A DNA stretch of 64,000 bases. Origin: Haliotis rufescens (Eukaryota). The stretch's first letter is position 1; each line of letters opens with the position of its first letter. Under the pieces are notes generated by a model. That model was not told the DNA's origin. It worked only from the letters and a program-made list of their open reading frames with translations, and searched no databases. Position numbers and translations under genes: made by a program. The stretch is taken from the NCBI RefSeq assembly GCF_023055435.1, contig NW_025963891.1, positions 5,766,001 through 5,830,000 of the forward strand, in the 5' to 3' direction. This document shows positions 13,294-27,500 of the stretch, piece by piece.

Positions 13294-13556
13294 GACCCGT
13301 GAAGATCCGGGGAAGAATAGGTCTTCAGCAACCCATTCTTGCCCTAAAAGGCGACTATGCTTGTCGTAAGAGGTGACTAACAGGATCAGGTGGTCAAACT
13401 CGCTGACTTGGTTGATGCATGTCATCGATCCCAATTGCGTGGATCGATGCTCAAATCAATCACTGGATTGTCTGGTCCAGACTAGATTATTTACAGACTG
13501 CTGTCACATAGCTGGAATATTGCTGAGTGCGGTGTAAAACAACAAACAAATCAAAC
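13294..13556 (+). mobile_element. Full-length ~260-bp non-tRNA SINE-like retroposon (family A) with 13-bp TSD
   Basis: TSD CAACCACTTATCA at 13281-13293 and 13557-13569, with a (CAAA)n tail. Other copies approx: minus strand 5238-5494, 6436-6680, 10433-10617, 21345-21460, 22727-22852, 23040-23303, 40283-40506, 41459-41658, 52440-52665, 53078-53316; plus strand 12198-12264, 25185-25395, 28425-28536, 37776-37998, 61304-61490. Confidence 0.85.
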
Positions 13557-13659
13557 CAACCACTTATCAGTTCAAGGACATTTGGTCAATATCCTAAATC
13601 TAGACTTATGTGTGCGTGAATTATTCATTTGAAGGATTGTGTTGATATGTTTGATAAAT

Positions 13660-14500
13660 GCCATCTTCCTGAGGCAAGAGTGTTCACTTTTACCATCTTT
13701 TTATGTCTTTTTACCATCATCTTTGTCAGGGATGAAAAAGTGAATGTTTTTGTTATCTGAGCCATTGCCATCTTTTTGAAGCTATGAGATAACAGCGATC
13801 TGATTGGATATCGCATTTTTATTACATGGGGCACCACTCGTGATCTATGCAAGGTGGCGCTAGGGTCGAAACTAGGCTTTGATATAGGCTAGTGGCCACA
13901 TTTGCCTCGAGAAGATGGATAAACGCTGCACACAGCAATATGACATAGTCTTGACCAGACATCTTCCTGAGGCAAGAGACTGACCTTAAAAGTCCAGTTT
14001 CCACCCTTGCCGAACTATGCTGGTATTATGGAGTTACATTTTAGCTGGACTAACGAGTCTATGCAGAGTCCTATCAAAATCGCACACCGAAATTGAAATC
14101 CGGTTCGTAAACTGTCAAGCAGATTTCGGTCGATTGCGGGATTTGCAAAACATGTGCACCGCTAACTTGTCAACAGATATTTTCTAGATCTTTTCAAGTT
14201 TTTAATCAAGGTGCTCACGTGATTTGATGCATTTTGCGATGTAAGACACGTTTTATCACAATATAGATCTTGATTATCGATCAGATCTTCTTGACTGGGC
14301 GCCGCCGTTTTATTTGAAATAAATGCAAGTGATACAAGAGGTGGAATCTGATTGGTCCATAGGAGAGGCATAGAAGCCACATAACGTGTTATAGCCACTG
14401 GTGGCGCTCCGATCGAGCCCAGGAATTCAAGCCTAGTTCGGCAAGGGTGGAAACTGACCTTTTATAGTCAGTTAACTCACTTGCCTCGGGAAGATGGGAC
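13660..14500. mobile_element. Composite fold-back, non-autonomous DNA element
   Basis: ccatcttcctgaggcaagag at ~13661 and ~13961 with inverted copies at ~13901 and ~14479. gtttccacccttgccgaacta at ~13997 is inverted at ~14434. Confidence 0.5.
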
Positions 14501-14892
14501 CAGACGCCAATACTGTGAGCAGCAATCCACAAATCTGATGACACAGTCGAACAAGTTGCAAAGTCTGACCACCCCATCTATTTGGTTGCCCTTACAACCA
14601 GCAAAGATTGCTGGGATCTAGTCTAAATTTCTAACACAGAATCACCATATGCCAACATGGAGAAATAGCTAGATACTTAGACTAGATAGCTAGACACCAT
14701 TCAAGACAAGTCAGTTTGTTATAATATTTATTCACAGATAGCTTCAGTACATAAATGTGCAAATGCTCATATTGATTTGTAGTAAAATTCTGTCCATATA
14801 GCAGCACAAAGTCCGGAGATGAAAAACTGTACATATCCCCGGAACTCCCACAAATGTCTAACAATGTTCTATTGTCGGTTGTTCACATTTCT

Positions 14893-17788
<2,896 letters not shown>

Positions 17789-17894
17789 TCACGAATATTT
17801 GGTGAAAACCAGACACGAAGAGATAACTTTAGCTGAGATGGGTGCAGATTTCGGTTTCACTGTCTCACTCGACCTGTCTCCTTAACACGAATGA

Positions 17895-17980
17895 AGACTC
17901 CCGCCAATTACGTCCAAAAGGCGCCAAATCATACGACACAGTAAACGTGATTGGCTATCAAAACATAGCTTCCGGTATTT
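17895..17980 (-). promoter_or_regulatory. PCNA promoter with two E2F sites, CCAAT and ETS motifs
   Basis: Minus strand TTGGCGGGAG (17898-17907) and TTTGGCGCC (17920-17928). GATTGG ~17949, CTTCCGG ~17969. E2F control of PCNA is established. Confidence 0.7.
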
Positions 17981-18235
17981 CATTACTGTTCATTCGTTAA
18001 CTTTCGGAAATGTAACGGAAACATACGAACTACTGAGAGTATTTGAGAGATTGTTTTGTGTGTGATTAGATTTAGAAAACTGTTCTGGTGTGGTTGTTTT
18101 GTCCAATGTACCCCACCGAGACATTTTTACTATTAGGATCCCTGAAATATGTAGTAAACTCCAAAATAAAGCCCTGGAAATTTTGCTAAAATAAAATAGT
18201 TAATTTGCGGAAGAACACCAATTTGTGATATCACT

Positions 18236-18780
18236 TCGAAAGCCTATTGGGGTCAAAATTGAAATATGGATAAGACACGAAAAGAAATTCGGAAAAAGAT
18301 TCGTTATTACGAAAAGAAATTCGTCGTACGGACAAAAAGATTCGTTATTACTTAAATAATTTCGTTATTACGGAATACGGAAAAAGATTTGTTATTACGA
18401 AAAAATATTCGGTATAACTAAATTATTTCCATAATAACGAATCTTTTTCCGTTATAACGAATATATTTTCGTAATAACGAATCTTTTGCCGTATTCCGTA
18501 ATAACGAAATTATTTATTTACGGTCTTTGAAAGGCATTTAGAAGTGATTCACATAAGGAAAAAATATGTGGATGTCACCTTCTTTATTATGAGGAACACA
18601 ACGTTTCGGAGTATATGCTTACAAGTGAAAACGTTGTGTTCCTCATAATAAAGAAGTTGACGTCCATTTATTCTCTTCCCTATGAAATTATTTCCGTAAT
18701 ATCGAATCTTTTTACCTTTATAACGAATTTCTTTACGTGTCTTTTCCATATTTCAATTTTGACCCCAATAGGCTTTCGTA
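18236..18780. mobile_element. MITE with ~35-bp TIRs and internal TTCGTTATTACG subrepeats
   Basis: cgaaagcctattggggtcaaaattgaaatatgga / tccatatttcaattttgaccccaataggctttcg. Confidence 0.85.
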
Positions 18781-19839
18781 TATGACACAGATACCATGTA
18801 TCGGTTTGTGGTCTGTATCACTACACCTTCGATGCTTCTGTCCTGTTAATCTCATTCATTTTTATGTCGTTGTCTTTGTACATTAACCCCTGCTCATTGG
18901 CTTCGTCATTATATTGTTATCTTTGTAAACTAATGCCGCCTTTGTGTAAATATTATATTGTTATCTTTGTACATTAACCCTATCTTGTGTAATCATTGCA
19001 TCATGTATATATTAACTCTTATGCGCTTACTCAGTATTCGCCTGATGAAGGAGCAAGACGTAGCTTTTCTATCAATAAAACGTGTCATGTATTCATGTTC
19101 TTCCAACTTCTAAATGCCTATCAAATACATCGAACGCCAATTTATAGTATACACAAAATTTACACTGTTGTAAATATCATGTTTAAATATTTAAAAAGAA
19201 TGATGCTGGTGAATTAAGATACCCTTTTATATGGTAATGTCACTTTTATACATGAAAAAATATTCAAAGTTTAAATTTATGTCTATTCTCTCTTTCTTTT
19301 GTTATAAGACGCTAACATTGAATTTGGAAATGTAGATATTAACTGATAACTGATTACATATATAATCTTTAAACCATTTTAATGCATGATGTGAATGTTG
19401 TAATTGATTGACTGAATATTTCAGTAGCCAATTAACTGGGGCTATTTGATGTGTGTCTATAGGCTAAATGAACAGTTGTGCTTGACTGAACGTATTTAAC
19501 CGTTTCAGGTAAAGTAAACTGTTTCATTCTCTATAATTTGATTAATACTTGAAGTGTGTATCGATAGATTTATCGTGTCTTTTTCCAATTTTCTTTGACA
19601 GATTTGGAAATTCACGGCCATGTGGATATTTTTTATTTTTCCTATGACATTCAGAAAAGACGCACTATGAATCAATGATACAGAGTTGAATAGCCAGACT
19701 GAATGTAAATTTGTCGTAGATTACCTTTCTTGCTGATGATACGTTGTGAACTGTTCGTGAACATTTCCATTCCGAATAGTCGCCCGAACGCAAACAAAAA
19801 ATGCACCCGCTATTTGCAACCGGTTTCAATATACGTGTA

Positions 19840-20022
19840 AATGATTGGCTTTTGGAAGACATTTTCACGCGGCAGCCAATCACAGAGTAGCTTTATCATT
19901 CGGTACAGAAGGAATAACACACCAAACATTTGTCGACTGGAGGAACATGGATGCCACTTAGTGGCTATGCTGACGAAAAGAACTTGAACTCCTGTCCAGT
20001 GTTTAATTAATAGTGCACGAAG
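19840..20022 (+). promoter_or_regulatory. Putative MICU1 promoter and non-coding first exon
   Basis: Paired CCAAT boxes (GATTGG ~19843, AGCCAAT ~19874) in a CpG-richer patch. Candidate donor AAG|GTTAGT at 20022/20023. The ATG exon has an acceptor at 21541, so an upstream exon is expected. Confidence 0.4.
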
Positions 20023-21548
20023 GTTAGTCACCCTTGCATCTTACCCCATTGGCCCTTGTGTATTAAACTGGTATATGTTACCAGTAGGTCTCAGTGTTAT
20101 TGCTGTATGTTATGCCCTTGGTAAGAAATAGTCTTGTCCAACGAAGTAAACGTTTGCACAGGATCGTGATTCGTATGTCAGTCATGGCAAAATGTCAGTC
20201 CCCTTTGACGGGTTGTACGAGAATGTTTTGATAATATCTAAATGTCAAGTCAGGTCCTAAGGACACCATCTCTATATATAGACAGCGTTTAAACACATGA
20301 TAAATAGCTATGTCTCCCTATGTCTAGATGAAAAATGTCCAATTGCGAAATACCCCGTGGTTATTTCTGGGTAAGATCATCTGTCATAGCTGCAGTAACC
20401 GAGTCTCTGTGCTGCTACCAATTAGGCGATTTTGATAGACTTGTCGCCACACAGAGTTACAGGCTGTTCCATGTGTTTTCCTGATAGATTTTCGATTCGG
20501 AAATCTGAACGGCAGGTGTCTTAGGACATAAATATAAAGTGCAATGCAAATTTGGATTGGGGATCTATTAGGAAAACTCGTGTAGCTGCAAGTCAAAATC
20601 AAAATCCTTAATACACAGAGATACAGTCACCACAGTTACTGCCCAATACCCAGAAGGATAAATGCTCTACACTGAATTGTCTGATTTGCCTCACCAGGAA
20701 GCAATTTTATGGTCACTGTATTATTCTCAGGTTGTCGTATCAGCTGAGAACTGCATAACGAATGCTGGGTTTGGTTAATCACTGTTTACTGATATATTAA
20801 GAGACGTCTGTACAGGCTGACGGCTTCCTGGGACTCACGCCGCACATGCGTATAGATGTACAATGCCAATAGTCTAGGATGCTAGTATCCTGACGGATAA
20901 TTATGGATCATATATTATTATAGGTATATTAATGTCAATCTGTTACAGTGACAAGACCCTTGTCTATACCAGCCTAGATTGTCCTTGGGACTGAATGTTA
21001 TGGTGATTTGGTGGTTAAGTTGTGAGATTTGAGTGATTGTGTCATCATACGTCATTAGCATGGTGCTGACCATATCCCCGCATCCATTCTGACATTTGTT
21101 ATCAGCTGTTCAGTATGTGCATGTTACATAAACAGAGAGACCAGCTGGGTGAGGGATTCAGGCAAACAGCATGTATTATGGTCCTTTGGTGATGCTGGGC
21201 TTGGGTTAATAGATATTACTAGAAAGTTTCATTAACATGATTAAAGTCACTGAAAGCACATTTAGTGTACCAACTCAAAAGTTGATCTTGTAGTAGCAAC
21301 TAATGTTTACCTAAATTGCACTCTCTGCTTCACATATGTAGGGTACCGTAGATCCTTGTCTTCAGTCCTAATCGATCCACGCCACCTGGGTATGATGACA
21401 CACAATGAACAAAGTCTCTGAGCTCAACCACTCGATCCATCCAGTCGCTTCTTACGACCAGCGGTAATATTTCATGTTGGATGTAACTTGTTATTCCTTT
21501 CTTATGTATGATGGATAATGTGGCAAATATGTCTTTTTCAGGTCAATC

Positions 21549-24500
21549 ATGTGGAAATTGGGCTCATTTAAGGTCAAAAGAGAGGGCACGATGCTTGCCA
21601 TGGAATTTGCAAAGTTACTACAACAGAGAGGGTCAGCCCTGAGGACTGTGTGCATGGCTCCCAGAGTTTTCAGTCGTGCCTCTCACACACACAAGCATCC
21701 ATCATCTTTGTCATCACTGCCGCCAGTTCATGTTGTGTGTCTGCCTTTATATAGATCTCCATCAGCTGGATCACTGCCTCTCAACTCTCTTCACACACTC
21801 GCCAGCCTGACTGCCAAACAGACTCCGTATTCCAATTTCGGTCACAAGACACGTCCATCCAGTGGCTACACAAAGTTTTATTTTGCTCTCTTAGGCGGAG
21901 CCTTGCTTTTGTTTTTGGGATTTGATGGGTAAGTTCACATGGAATTTTGAATTGATCTCATAGGTGCCTCCTGATGTTATGGGGGGCGGTCGGGTAGCCT
22001 AGTGGTTCAAGCGTTCGCTTGTCACGCCGAAGACCCGGGTTCGATTAATGGGTACATTGTGTGAAGCCCATTTCTGGTGTCCCCCGCCTTGATATTGCTG
22101 GAATATTGCTAAAAGCGGCGTAAAACCATACTCACTCCTGATGTTATGGTCACTTACTATTAGTGGTCGGACAATACACCGATGCATCGGTGGATCGCGA
22201 TATTTTTCTTCCCAATACTAAGTATCGATCACAGTCGCTCACTAAGTAACAAATATTGATTCATTCCTTAAGTGTTTACTTTAATGGCAGTTACACCGAA
22301 CACTAATTGGTAGTGAAAATTAGTATTGAAAAAGTAAATATTTCCATCCATCAATTTAAATTTTCGGAAATGTTATGTGATACATTTGTAACAGTTGCTG
22401 TGGCATTGTTTCAGAATGACGATGTTGGCAAAGTGGTTGAAGGTGGATGCTGCTGCTGTAGAGGGGCAGTCCAGTGAGGCCGTCGAGCATGATGACGAAG
22501 GCAAGAAGACCAAGAAGAAGAAGATCGGCTTTAGAGACCGGAAGGTGGGCCAAGTATCTCATTGGTTCAAAACAACTTTACAAAATGTCAGATTGGAGTT
22601 GACTAATGTGCCTAGATTAATCAATCATGCAAGTTAATCACAGTCTGGTTGGGCATAACTTCATTTCAGCTGGGCCACAATGAACATGAGGAACTGACTC
22701 ACATTTAGAGTCATGCTATGTGTTTGTGTGTTTGTTGTTTAACACTGCACTCACCAGACAATCCAGTGATTGACATCATGAGCGTCAATCTATGGAATTG
22801 GGATACGATGACATGCATCAACCAAGTCAGCGAGCCTGACCACCTGATCCTGTTGTGAACAAGTTAAAAAAGAAATAGTTTTACCTGTTACTTTGTTTCA
22901 GTCATATTATGAAACTAAGCATTTTTTTGGAAATGGCTGAAATCATCAGCTAAACCTTGTAACTGCGGAACTTGACATGACAGAAAATCCTTTTCAGATT
23001 TCTGTTTGTTCACCTCTGGCCCAATACATGAAGTATTCATTGTTGTTTGTTTGTTTGTTGTTTAACACCGCACTCAGCAATATTCCAGCTATATGATGGT
23101 CTGTAAATAATTGAGTCTCGACCAGACAATCCAGTGATTGACATCATTGGCATAAACCCACCCAATTGGGATCAATGACATGCATCAACCAAGTCAGAGC
23201 CTGACCACCCGTTCCTGTTAGTTGCTTCTTACGACAAGCAGTCGCTTTTTACGGCAAGCATGGGTTGCTGAAGACATATTCTCTACCAAGATCTTCACAT
23301 GTCTCATGCCAGGTGTCATATCATGACTCATGTATTGTCATACGTATCTAAACTGAGTTAGACAGCAAAGTCTAGTCAGTTTCTTGTTCACATCATACTC
23401 TGTATTATTGTCTTTCAGTCAAGAGAACACAATGTACTTGTGGGCCAATTTACCTGACATTAGATGTAATCTCTTGTTGATCAGATCATTGGGTATGAAG
23501 ACAGAATCAGAGCCTACTCAACCCCTGACAAGATTTTCCGGTACTTCGCCACCCTGAAGGTGCAGATAAACTCTGGGGTGTGGGAGGTGTTCATGACCCC
23601 TGAGGATTTTGTGCGCTCCATCACCCCTGGGATCAAACAGCCGGAAGGTAGGTAGCCGGCTGCATCACTGTAATACTCGACTCCATGCACAACAATATTT
23701 AATTTACAGCTTCATGAATCTGTTGGTCAATGTCTACAATATGTCAGTTGGTAAATAACTGAAATTTTCATTCGGGGCAGAATAGGTCCCCTGTGCCTCA
23801 TGCTTGTCTCTTTCAGGGATTCCAGGGCAGAATAGGTCCCCTGTTCCTCATGCTTGTCTCTTTCAGGGATTCCAGGGCAGAATAGGTCCCCTGTTCCTCA
23901 TGCTTGTCTCTTTCAGGGATTCCAGGGCAGAATAGGTCCCCTGTTCCTCATGCTTGTCTCTTTCAGGGATTCCAGGGCAGAATAGGTCCCCTGTGCCTCA
24001 CGCTTGTCTCTTTCAGGGATTCCAGGGCAGAATAGGTCCCCTGTTCCTCATGCTTGTCTCTTTCAGGGATTCCAGGGCAGAAAAGGTCCCCTGTTCCTCA
24101 TGCTTGTCTCTTTCAGGGATTCCAGGGCAGAATAGGTCCCCTGTTCCTCATGCTTGTCTCTTTCAGGGATTCCAGGGCAGAATAGGTCCCCTGTGCCTCA
24201 CGCTTGTCTCTTTCAGGGATTCCAGGGCAGAATAGGTCCCCTGTGCCTCATGCTTGTCTCTTTCAGGGATTTTGGTGGGCAGAATAGGTCTCTTTGTCTC
24301 CCCTACCCTACCTACCCTACCCTACCCTAGAAATTGGCGCTGTATGTAGTGATACCGGCGCTGTATTCCCTCCTTGCGGCATTGTAATTGTGTGTCTGGT
24401 GTTTACAGGCCTTGGACTTGACCAGTTTAGAAAGTTCGACCCGAAGGTAGGTGGAGGCTGTGGCTGTACTACTTCTATCACAAGATAATCAATTACCATG

Positions 24501-27500
24501 ATTCAGTAATTATGTGAAAATTTAAACAAACATTTTATTTAACTGAATTGGATGTTAACAGTTGACATTCAGTAACTTTTTAATTGAGGTAACTGAAATC
24601 ATAGATTTAGAAGTACATGAAATAAAAGTCAATTTTGATAATTGCGTGAAAGAGTTTGCACAACTTAGAATCTAGACATACTAGACGAGTTTGGCTCCTG
24701 TAGAATAGTAAACATGCTTGATAACCAACTGTAGTATATCTCGTATCAAACCTCAGTCCAAACATAATCACAATTATTTCTCACACATTCATGTAATACT
24801 CATATAACTGATATTTCTGTCACTATGGGCAATAGAGTGAAGTTTTTCACATGAAATATTTCCTTTATCAGGAAATTGGGTATGTCTTTTGTACAGTCAT
24901 GTTATGAAACTTGTCATTTCTTTAACTGAATTATTTCACGGGCAAGGTATTTCTTGAAAACATTAAGTCTCGTGATGTCCTGACTTGAATGACACAATGT
25001 GGTCTCCATTCCAAAAAAATACCATTTGGGCGGTTTTGTGAAATTGCAAATGCAGGTATGTAAGATGTATTATGTGTGACTGCAGTGGCTTTTAACTTAG
25101 AAAACAATATGTGAGGTTAAGTGGCTGCACTCTCTGCTGCTTTAGATGGAACTAGTTGATTGTATGGCAGCGTACCCCAATGTGGGTCATTGCACATCTC
25201 AATCACTGGATTGTCTTGTCCAGAGTTGGTTATTTACAGGCCATTGTCTTAGAGCTAAAAAAACCACCCAAACCCAAACAAATCATTGTTGGAAGTTTAC
25301 TGCCCATGGGTGGGAATGTTTTTGGTATTTCTGGTATTTTGGTATATTGCTGAGTGTTGAGTTAAACAACAACAACAAACAATCAAACAAACAAACAACT
25401 ATGAATACTTAATGGATCGGGCCTGAGGTGAACAAACAGAAGTCTGAATAGGATTTTTCATGTCATGTCATGTCATGTCATGTCTCGCAGTGACAAGGTT
25501 TAGCTGAGGTTTTATGAACTGTTGGAACGAGATGATTTCAGCCATTTCACAAAATGTCTAGTTTCATAATATGACTGGAACAAAGTAACAGGTAAAACTA
25601 TTTCTTTTTTTACTTGTTCACAAACTAAAGACATGAAGTATCCCAATTGATGAATAACTGCCTCTTTTATCGGTTGTGAAGCTTGCACTGGATGAGAATG
25701 TATGTCAGTTACAGTATGCTGTGTGTGTGCAATACACTGATATGCTTCGTGGAAGAAGACCGTAGTTGCATATTGTAATTAATACCAGTCTCTACTTAAA
25801 GTATTAGAAGTGAGGAGGCAAGTTACCTTGATGCTTGGTTTATGGATCCACACAAATCCAACAAATTTTAAATATGATTCGATTTCTTTATAAATTAAAA
25901 TTATTCTTTTTTTGCCCGCTGTTCAGATTTCACCACTGGTAATAAAAAGGAACTATCCCAAGTTTAATATGGTCCTTTCAAAGAAACACCCTGAGCAGCC
26001 TCAAAATATATTTTAATGTTTGATTTTATTGCAACCACCGACCTGATGGATTGATTTTTTTCTGTAAACCAAGTAATGAAAAACGGCCTCCTACATACGG
26101 TGTGAAACGTTCATTAGTCGTGGATCTAACCTTAGAGGTGTCAATGTAGAACTAATGGCGTAATGTTAGAGGGGAATGTGCATCATCTCAGCTACAGGGA
26201 GGCTTCAGGGTTGTCTATCCAGAGGAATTACAACCTTCTTGCTCTGTCAAATATTATCGATGTATAATAATGGTTCTGTTCAGCATAGCGTCTTCTGGTC
26301 ATTCACCCGATGAATGGGGAAGATAAAACATTACATTGTCCTTGATTAACAAGTGTATTATATCTCCATTCTAGTATAACTACCCTGGACCCATTCGCCT
26401 CAGAACTTTTGGAAGCCACATTCACAATTCTCTTATCACCAACTGAGGTCAGAATTCTCTTGCATAAATCTGTAATTTATGTTTAGCATCTTGTCATTTG
26501 AATCTGGCTCCAAATAAAAGTAATTATAGCAACTGGAATGGAGATATAACACACTGGATGATCAAAAATGCATTGAAATGTGGTAGAGAGTAAATAATTT
26601 AGAATGTCATGTCCATCACACTTTCATATCGGAGCCTCCAGTAGCTAGATGAGCCACATCAGTGGTGAGGCAAGCAGCACACAAGGCCTACATGTACACT
26701 GTAAACATGGCGACGATGGTGACGAGCACGATAAATGTAATGTTTTTGTTCCAGAGCCAGACCACCAGTAGAGAAGGAAATGTATGCTATGTTTTCATTG
26801 TCAATTCACCTGCTGTGTCACACCCATTGTTTCCGTGTCCTGAAATGAACAGTTTTAGTAGCTTAGGGAATCTGTTTAGAAGTGGCAGTCAAGTTTGATT
26901 TGCTAAACAAACACGCTATGAGCCTTTACAAGAGTTGCGATAAAAAAGACATTTTCTACAAAAACATAACATGCCTATGGCAATGGAGTAGGTATCCTCT
27001 TATGTACAAGTTCGTGTTTACAAAGGTGATGTCAGTGACCTATAGCGTCACTGATTGTACAGAGTTAGTTCCCTTAGCTACCGGGCTAGATCCTTGGTCT
27101 GTGACAATCTCATTAAAATCAGATCTTTGTTTTCGCTACCGCTAAACAAAGATCTGAGGACATCCCATTACAGGTCACGTCAGAATGACCTTTCGCGAAT
27201 TTTGACCGACCAATGAAATGACTGACAAGAAATCGACATTGGCCAATCAGATGGCAGCCTTCTCGAGCTTTACGACATTGGTTTCAAACTGGCGACTACG
27301 CTTCAAAACATATTTTAATGTATTCTCGATTAAAAAGTTTAAAACTGATAAGAGGAACATGCTGGAATGGCTTATAGATGGCCTAGATTGTATGGATATA
27401 ATCATAAAACCTGTAACTGTCGTTTGGAATACCCTGTGTTAAATATATTGTGGTAGCATGATTAGAAAACACATTTCGACTGTCACTGGTAAGAGACGCT

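Noticed and set aside
21982-22060. tRNA gene
   Set aside because: A/B boxes are present, but there is no acceptor stem and the sequence runs into a SINE body and tail.
23774-24290. CRISPR-like appearance of the regular arrays (also 4447-4680 and 59487-59840)
   Set aside because: No unique spacers, no cas genes, eukaryotic intronic or intergenic context.
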